DNA of 24,421 bases from a virus (lineage: Duplodnaviria; Caudoviricetes): positions 1 through 24,421 of IMG/VR virus record IMGVR_UViG_3300037483_000526; one strand, written 5' to 3'. The position numbers and the translations under genes were made by a program. Positions 6,539 to 15,323 of this stretch are shown one piece after another (position 1 is the stretch's first letter; every line of letters starts with the position of its first letter). The notes beneath the pieces were generated by a model. That model searched no databases and was not told the origin of the DNA. It saw only the letters and a program-made list of their open reading frames with translations.

Positions 6539-7633
6539 ATGTCTACTGGTCTTTTTAAAGACGAAGAAGAATCATATAATTTAGAAGAAACAAAATACGT
6601 GTTGAAGAGCAATGCCCCTTCAACCGATTCGTCTATGGAAGATGATATTCTTCCAGCTGAACCAGATATAAATAACCCAATGGATGGTTTAGAAGACATG
6701 GAATCAGAAATGGGTGGTGATAAACCATTTGATGATGAGCCGTTCGATGCTGGTGTGGAAGCAGATGAGGACACCGCACCAGAAAAATTCATCCAACAAC
6801 TTTCAGGGAAATTAGGACAATCATTAAGGCAATATACTGAGGATAATGGACAACCAGATTTCGATTTAGAAAAGTTTGCTGTTAATTCTGTATTATCTGC
6901 AACACACACTAGTGAAATGGATACGGAAGACCAAAGAGATATTATCAATAAGGTTAAGAGTGCTGGTGAAGATAACCCTGAGAATGGGGATAATGGTGAG
7001 GAGAGTGATGTAGATTTGGATGTCGAAAAACCAGAGGAAGATATTGATTTTGGTGATGAACCAGTAGAGGAAGAATTAAGACTTGAGGGTGATTCATATT
7101 TCGGTAAAGATGATAATTTTGGTAATGATGATAAGTTTGGTGAAGACAAACGATGGGGAACCGTGAAAGAGTCAGAAAAAAATAGTAACTTTACATATAA
7201 AATAGAAATTATGGAAGCATCTGAACCATTGGTTGAACCTGTTATTAAACCAAACGTTAAACCATCACGTAGAGAAAGAGAACAAGATAGACCATTCTTA
7301 CCTAAGAGAAAAGATAAGGTAAAGGTACCACCTAAGGCTGGTGAGTCAATTCATGAAGATGGTGACTCAGATGGGAAAATTATTAACACTAAATATTTAG
7401 ATGATAAAGTTGCGATAGTTACTGTCGATTTGAATGGCAATCAAGTTGATATGAAATTTGAAAATACTGGTGAGGTTATTACAAAACCATTGGCATATGA
7501 TGAACCATGGGTTTTCCTTTATCAATCTATTATGGATGATAAAGAATATACCATAGGTGTTGAACTATTAGGTCACCCAGATACTAATTTAGAGGCTGTT
7601 GGTGTATCTGATGACTATATTCAGGGAAAGTAA
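6539..7633 (+). CDS. Acidic putative internal head protein (probably reached via the -1 frame from the upstream ORF)
   Basis: 364-aa ORF with a helical core (KFIQQLSGKLGQSLRQY...KFAVNSVLSA), D/E-rich linkers and a P/K-rich segment; the frame is open from 6494. Confidence 0.7.
   Translation: MSTGLFKDEEESYNLEETKYVLKSNAPSTDSSMEDDILPAEPDINNPMDGLEDMESEMGGDKPFDDEPFDAGVEADEDTAPEKFIQQLSGKLGQSLRQYTEDNGQPDFDLEKFAVNSVLSATHTSEMDTEDQRDIINKVKSAGEDNPENGDNGEESDVDLDVEKPEEDIDFGDEPVEEELRLEGDSYFGKDDNFGNDDKFGEDKRWGTVKESEKNSNFTYKIEIMEASEPLVEPVIKPNVKPSRREREQDRPFLPKRKDKVKVPPKAGESIHEDGDSDGKIINTKYLDDKVAIVTVDLNGNQVDMKFENTGEVITKPLAYDEPWVFLYQSIMDDKEYTIGVELLGHPDTNLEAVGVSDDYIQGK
7100..7153 (+). repeat. Three imperfect 18-nt in-frame tandem repeats (FGKDDN/FGNDDK/FGEDKR)
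   Basis: ttcggtaaagatgataat tttggtaatgatgataag tttggtgaagacaaacga. Confidence 0.65.
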
Positions 7634-8064
7634 TGGGTGAGGCGTTATATTTGATTTATGTACATGTAATCGGGATGGACAGAAAGGGTGTCTCAATGTA
7701 TGAATTCATATTTTCCAATACAACGGACAATATTGATGGTGAAGATTGGGATGCAATACCAGCTTCTGGTAGACCTAGCCCACCACATGAAGATTTGGTT
7801 AGAAGGGTTGGGGTACTAACGACTGACGAAATAACATTTCATGTTATACAAGAAAGTGATTCATTTTCAGTGTGGGATGCGATTGATGGAGTAATAGCAT
7901 TGGCTTGGGAAAATATGGATGATTATGTGGAATATCCTGACAGTAGAACCGCATTTCACTTCGGTGATAAAATAGAGGATGTGGAGGCTAAACTCTACGA
8001 AAATGACCTAATATTAAAATATAATAAAGAAGAAAATGGTAAATTCAAAGAAGAGGATAAGTAA
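7633..8064 (+). CDS. Hypothetical protein (143 aa)
   Basis: TAATG stop/start overlap with the upstream ORF; globular-looking sequence; no family recognised. Confidence 0.75.
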   Translation: MGEALYLIYVHVIGMDRKGVSMYEFIFSNTTDNIDGEDWDAIPASGRPSPPHEDLVRRVGVLTTDEITFHVIQESDSFSVWDAIDGVIALAWENMDDYVEYPDSRTAFHFGDKIEDVEAKLYENDLILKYNKEENGKFKEEDK

Positions 8065-8773
8065 TAAGTTAAAAACTATTGGTGAGGCTCTTAAACCAAA
8101 GGACTTAGAAACTAGAATAGATGACTTAGTTGACACTACTGAAAAGAGTTTGGAAATTGATGAACCAGAAGCTAAAGAATTTGTAGCTGGTATGGTTGGT
8201 GAGGTAGAGATTGTTGAAAGGGCGGTTAGTCAAAATCAGCAACAATTTATGGGTATGGTTCATAAGTGTAAGAAAACTGGGGATTGTGCGAGTGAGGCGG
8301 TTAGAAAGGCTGCTAAAAATATGTCAAAAGATGATGCAAAGGATTTTGCATCAACAAAACATAAAGGTTTACCAGAGAAGGTCAAAGAAGATGGGGATGT
8401 TGTGGGTAGAGGAATTGAATATGGGATGAATCCAGAGGTAGAGGGTGACAAATACGAAGCATATAGGGCACTTATGCAACAGTTAGCTGGTGAAGAAAAT
8501 GAGAAGAATATTGAAGAAGGTAATGACCCGATAAAACTTAAAAGTGATGTTGCTAAGGTATTAGCTAAATTGGATATGTCATCGATAGAACCATATTTAG
8601 CTAAGATAGATAACCCAAGTGAGCAAGCTGAGATGATTGCACAATTCGCTGAAAAGATTGGTGTACCAAAAACAAAGTTGAGTTCGGTCATTCAACAACT
8701 TAGAACAGTTTCTGAAAATACTGCACCTAAAAAAAGAATTATAAGAACCGTTAAAGTAAAAGATATTAAGTGA
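8036..8773 (+). CDS. Putative internal head protein containing a DUF3008-like module
   Basis: AVSQNQQQFMGMV...AAKNMSKDDAKDFASTKHKGLPEKV resembles DUF3008 and is bounded by IVE and VKE. Confidence 0.65.
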   Translation: MVNSKKRISNKLKTIGEALKPKDLETRIDDLVDTTEKSLEIDEPEAKEFVAGMVGEVEIVERAVSQNQQQFMGMVHKCKKTGDCASEAVRKAAKNMSKDDAKDFASTKHKGLPEKVKEDGDVVGRGIEYGMNPEVEGDKYEAYRALMQQLAGEENEKNIEEGNDPIKLKSDVAKVLAKLDMSSIEPYLAKIDNPSEQAEMIAQFAEKIGVPKTKLSSVIQQLRTVSENTAPKKRIIRTVKVKDIK

Positions 8774-9981
8774 TGGATTATAGGAAATTAGCAATGAAGT
8801 CATTAGCCGAGGCAAAAAAACCAAAGCGTATAAATGAACAAATTAGATATGCCGAGGGGCATAGTGAAAGAATGGACCCACAACTTGAAAGAGAGTTAAA
8901 GGAAAGAAAACATTCTTTAGGTGACCACCCAATATTCCCAGAGGGGGATGAATCAACTTTTGAACAAAAGATTGTTGGTGAGCGATTCGAAGATGTGATG
9001 AAAAATTACAAAGAGAAGTTTGATGTTAGTGAGATAGATAATAATGCTGTTATGTATGACCAAATGCCTATGGTTGATGATTGTATGTTAATTGAGGATA
9101 AACATAAGAAAGCACTTGAGGACCTTGCAGTTAAAATGATTAGAGATGAATATAATATTTCTGAGGATGTTTGTGATATTACTGCTGAACTTACTTCTGA
9201 AATAAATATGGAAGGTACTAAGAAGGATAAATCACCAGTATCTGTAGATGTGGAGTTTGATAGCCATGCCCACATTAAAGAAGCTAATGACAATGTCTAT
9301 AAGAGAAGATTTCTCAATGCTATGACACAAGGGGCGGCAAAGAAATCCTCTCATATGTTTCACATGGTTAAAAAAGAACTAGCTAATTTAGACCCAACAC
9401 TAAGTACTAAGTACGGGAAAATAATTGCTGCGGCTGATTATTGTTATTTTATTGTCCCTAATATGGACCAACAAGTAAATGGTGGTGTAGTTAGTGTAAC
9501 ATTTCCAACAGATGAAAACCCTAAGTGCCAAATACATGCACAAGGTATGATATTCCCTGTGTTGGTTCACGAACTAGTTAAAGGGGTTATGGAAATCCTT
9601 TCAGCGCATGGTTTACCAGAAGATGAAAAGATGGCTGAATATGTAATAGGTAAATCAGACTTTCTAGCGGCAGAACCATGGGACATGAGATTGGGTCCAG
9701 CACTTTGGGAGAGATTCACAAAATTATTCGATGGTGATGATTTCAAATATAAACATAATGTTTATTCAGAATTAGCCACATTACCTGTGGAACAATTCAA
9801 CCATGAAATGAGAGAGATTATGGCTGGAACCAAATTAGGTAAACAGTTAATCACTTCAATGGTTGAGGAGATAAAAGAAAGAATACAGGATGATGAATAC
9901 AGGAATGAGATTGGTGATGACGACTCTCAAGGGTTCTCACTAAATGATTTAGATGATATTGAGATAGATGACTTAATGTAA
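8773..9981 (+). CDS. Hypothetical head-module protein (about 402 aa)
   Basis: Long ORF with a TGATG overlap; acidic tail; contains LVHELVKG. Confidence 0.8.
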   Translation: MDYRKLAMKSLAEAKKPKRINEQIRYAEGHSERMDPQLERELKERKHSLGDHPIFPEGDESTFEQKIVGERFEDVMKNYKEKFDVSEIDNNAVMYDQMPMVDDCMLIEDKHKKALEDLAVKMIRDEYNISEDVCDITAELTSEINMEGTKKDKSPVSVDVEFDSHAHIKEANDNVYKRRFLNAMTQGAAKKSSHMFHMVKKELANLDPTLSTKYGKIIAAADYCYFIVPNMDQQVNGGVVSVTFPTDENPKCQIHAQGMIFPVLVHELVKGVMEILSAHGLPEDEKMAEYVIGKSDFLAAEPWDMRLGPALWERFTKLFDGDDFKYKHNVYSELATLPVEQFNHEMREIMAGTKLGKQLITSMVEEIKERIQDDEYRNEIGDDDSQGFSLNDLDDIEIDDLM

Positions 9982-9983
9982 AG

Positions 9984-10005
9984 GAAAAGCCCCATGGGGC
10001 TTTTC
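9984..10005 (+). terminator. Intrinsic terminator before the terminase gene
   Basis: Perfect palindrome GAAAAGCCCCATGGGGCTTTTC directly after the stop at 9981, followed by T-rich sequence. Confidence 0.75.
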
Positions 10006-10053
10006 TTGTTTTTAGCCTATTTAGGTTTGTTAGTATATTTATATAAAAAGAAT

Positions 10054-11862
10054 ATGCTAACAGCAACTGAAATATATAGAGAATATGCTAAATGTCTTCA
10101 AGACCCTACATATGCTATCGATAACTATTTAGAAACTTTCGATAAAACGCAAGAAGGATTTGTACCATTTAATTTGTTTCCAAGACAAAGGGAAATAGTA
10201 TATGCCTATGAGAAGCACAGATATAATCTAATTACTAAACCTAGACAAGCTGGTATATCTACAACAACACAAGCTTACATGGCAATCAAAGCTGGTTTTG
10301 CAGACCCAGATAACCCAGAGATTATTCTTGTTATTGCAAATAAACTTAAATTATCACAAAAATTCTTGAAAGGTATTAAAGATTACCTTAAACAATTACC
10401 TAGATGGATATGGGGACCAGAGTATTATGGTTCTCCAGAAAACCTTAAGAGAAGTATATTCATTACTGACTCTAAGATTGAAATTGAATTACCTAATGGT
10501 TCACAAGTTATCGCTGTTGCAACATCAGAAGATGCACTTCGTGGATATACCCCAACATATCTTGTATTCGATGAAGCGGCATTTATTGATAATGGTGATG
10601 CTGTATATACTGCGGCTATGTCCTCAATTTCTACGGGTGGTAAGGTAATCCTTATTTCCACCCCTAATGGTATGGACCCTCTTTACCATAAGACATACGA
10701 ACAATCTAAGTCTGGTAAAAATAAGTATCATATTATTGAAATGCGTTGGTATGAAGACCCTAGGTATAATAAAGACCTTAGGTGGATTAAAAAAGTTAAA
10801 GATGGTGATGATATAATTGAAAATGAGGTTGAATTTAATGTTGAATCATATTCAAAGAGAATTGATGATGATTGGAAGCCAACATCTACTTGGTATGAAG
10901 ATATGTGTATGGCACTTAACAACAATGCTAGAAAAATTGCACAAGAGTTAGATGTATCATTCTTAGGTTCTGGTGGTAACGTTATAGAGGATGAGACTAT
11001 TGCAATGCATGATAAGAAAAATGTTAGGGAACCTAAATTTATTGAGGGGATTGAGAAAGAATTTTGGGTCTGGGAAGAACCAATTGAGGGACATAAATAT
11101 ATTATGGGTGTCGATGTATCTAGAGGTGATGGGGAGGATAGTTCTACCATTGTTATAATTGATTTTACAACAATGGAACAAGTAATGGAATATCAAGGCA
11201 AAGTGCAACCAGATATATTGGCTCAATACGTATATGATTATGGTAATATGTATAATGCATATAGTGTAGTCGATATAACAGGTGGTATGGGCGTGTCAAC
11301 AATTCTAAAATTGATTGAATTAAACTATAGTAAGAAATTACTTCACCACGATAAAGAATCGGTTGGTAAGGTTTTGGCTAATCAAGCTAGATTAAATGTG
11401 GTTAGGGAAAATGATAAGATTCCAGGCTTCAACGCCAATGGGGTTCGTCTTCCAATGATATCTAACATGGAGCAAGTACTTAGAGAAAATAAGGTTATAA
11501 TTAGGTCAAGAAGAATGGTGTCTGAAATGAAGACATTCATTTATAAGAATGGTAGACCAGACCATATGGAAGGTTATCATGATGATTTACTAATGGCTTT
11601 AGGAATGGCTATGTGGGTTCTTGAATATTCATTTAAGAATCTTAAGAAGGCTAACGCCCAGAACAAAGCAATTTTAAATAGCTGGACCACTGGTGGTAGT
11701 CAAGTTAATGATATTATAAATAAAAGTTATGATGGTGGATTTGTGGCTAAGAGTGATAAGGGTAAAAAAACACAACCTAGACCACGCTTTAACCCTAATA
11801 CATCTAAAAACATGCAAGACCCTATGGGGGATTTTATGTGGTTATTTAGTGGAACAAAATAA
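10054..11862 (+). CDS. terL: Terminase large subunit (T4 gp17-like)
   Basis: LFPRQ adenine-binding motif, KPRQAGIST Walker A, LVFDEAAF Walker B, ISTPNG motif C, nuclease GVDVSRG and HDDLLMA. Start moved to ATG 10054, after the terminator and TATTTATA 10036-10043. Confidence 0.93.
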   Translation: MLTATEIYREYAKCLQDPTYAIDNYLETFDKTQEGFVPFNLFPRQREIVYAYEKHRYNLITKPRQAGISTTTQAYMAIKAGFADPDNPEIILVIANKLKLSQKFLKGIKDYLKQLPRWIWGPEYYGSPENLKRSIFITDSKIEIELPNGSQVIAVATSEDALRGYTPTYLVFDEAAFIDNGDAVYTAAMSSISTGGKVILISTPNGMDPLYHKTYEQSKSGKNKYHIIEMRWYEDPRYNKDLRWIKKVKDGDDIIENEVEFNVESYSKRIDDDWKPTSTWYEDMCMALNNNARKIAQELDVSFLGSGGNVIEDETIAMHDKKNVREPKFIEGIEKEFWVWEEPIEGHKYIMGVDVSRGDGEDSSTIVIIDFTTMEQVMEYQGKVQPDILAQYVYDYGNMYNAYSVVDITGGMGVSTILKLIELNYSKKLLHHDKESVGKVLANQARLNVVRENDKIPGFNANGVRLPMISNMEQVLRENKVIIRSRRMVSEMKTFIYKNGRPDHMEGYHDDLLMALGMAMWVLEYSFKNLKKANAQNKAILNSWTTGGSQVNDIINKSYDGGFVAKSDKGKKTQPRPRFNPNTSKNMQDPMGDFMWLFSGTK

Positions 11863-11867
11863 AGATT

Positions 11868-12110
11868 ATGGGATTAGGTAAAAAGGTATTTACAAGAAAG
11901 AATGGGGGGCAAAAAGGGGGTGACCTATATAAATGGTCACCCGTTCCAACTAAAAAGACAATAGATAATGGTGATATTAGGAAATTTTTCTGTACCGCCA
12001 CACCACATTCACAAGGTGAGGATTGGATTGTCACATACGTATATGAAATAAAAGTAATCGATGGTATTCAACATAAAATTGCGTATGTTGCATGTGATTA
12101 TGTAAAATAA
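11868..12110 (+). CDS. Hypothetical protein (80 aa)
   Basis: Fills the gap between terminase and portal, 5 nt after the terminase stop. Confidence 0.6.
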   Translation: MGLGKKVFTRKNGGQKGGDLYKWSPVPTKKTIDNGDIRKFFCTATPHSQGEDWIVTYVYEIKVIDGIQHKIAYVACDYVK

Positions 12111-12115
12111 GTATT

Positions 12116-12139
12116 TATAATGTAATTAATTACATTATA
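12116..12139. repeat. 24-bp perfect palindrome in the portal leader
   Basis: TATAATGTAATTAATTACATTATA equals its own reverse complement and overlaps TATTTATA 12112-12119. Confidence 0.85.
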
Positions 12140-12156
12140 TTTAAGAAAAAATTAAT

Positions 12157-14190
12157 ATGGCTAAGAAGAATTTAACGGTATTTCAACGAATGAATAATAT
12201 GTTCGGACCAGACGGTATCAATGTACCTAAGGAAAAAACAAATAGATATTCAATTGGTAGTACTGAATTATTAAAAACCGATAATAAAGCTGATTACGAA
12301 GCAGCCAAATTACAAGCACAACAAAACAAATATATTGGTGGATTATGGAAAAAGGTTGATGGTGAATTGTTCCAACAATCTATCCACTATGAAACAACTC
12401 GTATTGGTTCATACTCCGACTTTGAGAATATGGAATTCTACCCAGAGATTGCGGCTGCTTTAGATATTATGATGGAGGAAGCAACAACGGTTAATGATAA
12501 GGGAGAAGTTCTTAATATCTATTCTGATTCAAAGAGAGTTAAGAAAATCCTTAAGGACTTATTCAATAATAGACTTGATATTCATACGACACTTCCAATG
12601 TGGACTAGAAATACATGTAAGTATGGTGATGATTTTGTATATTTGAATATAGATGATAAGGCTGGTATTATTGGTGGTAGACAAATGCCCAACTTTGAAA
12701 TGGAAAGAAGAGAAGGTAATATCTACGATGCTATCTCAAGAACCACAAGCAGTAATGACGATGGGAAGGTTAAGTTTTATTGGAAGGGGAGAGATGTTGA
12801 ATTCTCATCATGGCAAATAGCACATTTTCGTTTGTTAGGGGATGATAGAAGATTACCTTATGGTACATCAGTACTTGAAAAGGCTAGAAGAATCTGGAAA
12901 CAACTTCTTTTATCTGAGGATGCGATGCTCATCTACAGAGTAACTAGAGCACCTGAAAGGAGGGTATATAAAATTTATGTTGGTAACATTGATGATGAAG
13001 ATGTCGGACCATACGTAGATGAAATAGCCAACAGATTTAAACGTATGCCTGTTATTGACCCACAAACTGGTCAAATTGATTTGAAGTATAATCAAATGGC
13101 TAACGACCAAGATTTCTTTATTCCAGTTAGAGATGAGAACGCACAGAATCCTATCGATACCTTACCTGGTGCCGCCAACCTTGACCAAATTGCGGATATA
13201 GAATATTTACAAAGAAAATTATTTACGGCATTAAGAGTACCTAAGTCATTCTTAGGATTTGAAGATGCTGTTGGTGAAGGTAAGAATTTAGCGTTGCAAG
13301 ATATTAGATTTTCTAGAACAGTTAATAGAATCCAGCAAGCGATGATTCAAGAATTAAATAAAATTGCCATTGTACATCTATACATATTAGGCTTTGAAGA
13401 AGACTTAGATAACTTTACCCTTACATTAAATAACCCATCAGTACAAGCTGAGATGCTTAAGATTGAACACCTACAATCTAAAATGACACTTTATAAGGAT
13501 GCTGTTAGTGATGCTGGTAATGGATTTGCTGCAATGAGTATGACCAAAGGTAAGAGAGAGATTCTTGGTTGGTCTGATGATGAAATCAAACAAGATTTTC
13601 TTGAGCAAAGAATGGAGAAAGCGGCAGCGGCTGAACTTGAGAATACGTCTAAGGTAATTAAGAATACTGGTGTATTTGATAAAGTAGATAGGATTTATGG
13701 TGACATTGAAATTGCTAGAGAAGGCGGTTCGACTGGAGACGAGGGTGATGAGGGTGATGGTGGTGGACCATCTGGTGGTGCTGGTGGCTTCGGAGGTGGT
13801 GGTTTCGGTGAAGAAGACTTAGACCTAGGTGATGAAGGTGATTTAGGTGACGTTGGTGCTGAAACTGGTGAAGATAGTGAAGATATTGACTTCGGAGAAG
13901 AAAGTGGGATTGATAATGAAACTGAAACTACTGAGGAATCAATCAGAAGGGCTGAGAATATTCTAACGGAACAAAAACTGATATTAAAGGGTAAGAGTGA
14001 TAGTAGAGGTGTAAAGCACAATAAATCTTATCTAGATAGATTAAGTGAGTCAATCAAAAGAACAGACAAACCAAATATTATAAGAGAAAAGGTTTACGAT
14101 AAAAATATTAAATTCAATGAAGGTATGAATCATATGATTAATGAGATTGATGATATGATTAGTGACTTCACTGAACCTATTGATGAATAA
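12157..14190 (+). CDS. gp20: Portal protein (T4 gp20-like) with a Gly/acidic C-terminal extension
   Basis: PEIAAALDI..EE, S.LEKARRIWKQL.L.EDAMLIYRVTRAPERRVYKIYVGN, DFFIPVR, IDTLPGA.NL..I.DIEYLQRKLF.AL.VP are gp20 motifs. Confidence 0.93.
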   Translation: MAKKNLTVFQRMNNMFGPDGINVPKEKTNRYSIGSTELLKTDNKADYEAAKLQAQQNKYIGGLWKKVDGELFQQSIHYETTRIGSYSDFENMEFYPEIAAALDIMMEEATTVNDKGEVLNIYSDSKRVKKILKDLFNNRLDIHTTLPMWTRNTCKYGDDFVYLNIDDKAGIIGGRQMPNFEMERREGNIYDAISRTTSSNDDGKVKFYWKGRDVEFSSWQIAHFRLLGDDRRLPYGTSVLEKARRIWKQLLLSEDAMLIYRVTRAPERRVYKIYVGNIDDEDVGPYVDEIANRFKRMPVIDPQTGQIDLKYNQMANDQDFFIPVRDENAQNPIDTLPGAANLDQIADIEYLQRKLFTALRVPKSFLGFEDAVGEGKNLALQDIRFSRTVNRIQQAMIQELNKIAIVHLYILGFEEDLDNFTLTLNNPSVQAEMLKIEHLQSKMTLYKDAVSDAGNGFAAMSMTKGKREILGWSDDEIKQDFLEQRMEKAAAAELENTSKVIKNTGVFDKVDRIYGDIEIAREGGSTGDEGDEGDGGGPSGGAGGFGGGGFGEEDLDLGDEGDLGDVGAETGEDSEDIDFGEESGIDNETETTEESIRRAENILTEQKLILKGKSDSRGVKHNKSYLDRLSESIKRTDKPNIIREKVYDKNIKFNEGMNHMINEIDDMISDFTEPIDE

Positions 14191-14235
14191 CGATTTTTAT
14201 GGTATTAATAACATATTTATAATAAAAAACTAAAC

Positions 14236-15012
14236 ATGCAAAACTTCGGTAAAATAAAAAATGCGTTTAATGATATCCTAGCTGAATTTATAGTGGATAA
14301 AAACGCAGAAAAGAAAAAAATTGTTAAGCGATATCTTAGGGCTATTAGTGAAAGTAAAATCCTTAAGTCTCAGTTCTTAATTTATAATAATATCGAAAAT
14401 AGAGTTGATGAGGATAAGTTCTCAGCTAATTTATTCGTAACAGAAAATATAAATATTTTGAAGAAGTTCCCAAAGGAAGCAATTGAATTGGAAAATAAGA
14501 AGTTACTCAACATGTCTCAAATGGTTTTAGAGAGACTTGAAGACGTGTATCCTCATAATGTATTACATGAATCAATTTCCACACTTATATTTACCGACCC
14601 AACACCCAATACTATTAAAAAAATAACTGAGAGTAGAATGTCTGTAATAAATTTCATCAATGAAAATAAAGAGAAGGTAATTGTTGAGTCTGATGATATC
14701 CTACCCAATAGTCTTTTACTTAATATATCAGTTGATAAATTCAACGAAAAATATGCCGATTTAACGGAAGCTGAACACAAGGTTTTAAATGTTATTATGG
14801 GAAGCAATAACGAAGAAGATAGAAGGGAAATTTACACTGAGACATTAAAGGGTTGTATTACACTAGTTAATTTAAGGCTTAAAGAATCATCTAATAAAGA
14901 AAAATTATTAGATGTTAAGGATAAATTATTAAATAGTTCCTTTATTAGTGAATCATTTGACGATGACATCACAAAGCTATTGGATTTACAAAGAGCATTA
15001 GGAGAAGATTAA
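14236..15012 (+). CDS. Hypothetical helical protein, probable prohead core component
   Basis: 258-aa ORF after TATTTATA 14214-14221; sits between portal and protease, where T4 has the gp67/gp68 core genes (positional inference only). Confidence 0.7.
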   Translation: MQNFGKIKNAFNDILAEFIVDKNAEKKKIVKRYLRAISESKILKSQFLIYNNIENRVDEDKFSANLFVTENINILKKFPKEAIELENKKLLNMSQMVLERLEDVYPHNVLHESISTLIFTDPTPNTIKKITESRMSVINFINENKEKVIVESDDILPNSLLLNISVDKFNEKYADLTEAEHKVLNVIMGSNNEEDRREIYTETLKGCITLVNLRLKESSNKEKLLDVKDKLLNSSFISESFDDDITKLLDLQRALGED

Positions 15013-15023
15013 AGACAAACTAT

Positions 15024-15323
15024 ATGGAATTAGAATCGTTGGTTCAAATATTTGGAGGTGCTGGGGTAACATTCTTAGTAATGCGATTATGGTTGAGGAG
15101 TGTTCAAGGTGATAAGAAAGTATTAATTGAACAACTCAAAGAAGAACAACAAGCTAGAACGAAAGAATTAAAGGAAATGTTACCATTACTAAGCGATGCA
15201 TCTAAGGGGTTACAATCAGTTTTAACATCCACCACACAATCACATGCTGAATTTGTTGTACTCATAAAAACTCATATTGATGATAAGGTAATTGAAATAA
15301 CGGAGAAATGCAAAAAGAAATAA
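15024..15323 (+). CDS. Single-TM plus coiled-coil protein, holin-like (BhlA/UviB-type architecture)
   Basis: N-terminal hydrophobic LVQIFGGAGVTFLVMRLWL followed by a charged heptad-like helix and a basic C-terminus. Confidence 0.55.
   Translation: MELESLVQIFGGAGVTFLVMRLWLRSVQGDKKVLIEQLKEEQQARTKELKEMLPLLSDASKGLQSVLTSTTQSHAEFVVLIKTHIDDKVIEITEKCKKK

Noticed and set aside
7100-7153. Short tandem repeats as a CRISPR-like or regulatory array
   Set aside because: Three degenerate in-frame 18-mers with no spacers; simple coding low complexity.
9994-10053. Longer hydrophobic N-termini in the ORF track for terminase (9994), GNAT (1206), the 103-aa ORF (5351) and scaffold (17028)
   Set aside because: Each extension runs through a terminator or hairpin and the TATTTATA motif; downstream ATGs fit better. 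They are not signal peptides.
10237-10263. Terminase Walker A lacking the GK[ST] lysine (KPRQAGIST)
   Set aside because: Deviant Walker A motifs with an upstream Lys are known among large terminases; not evidence of inactivation.
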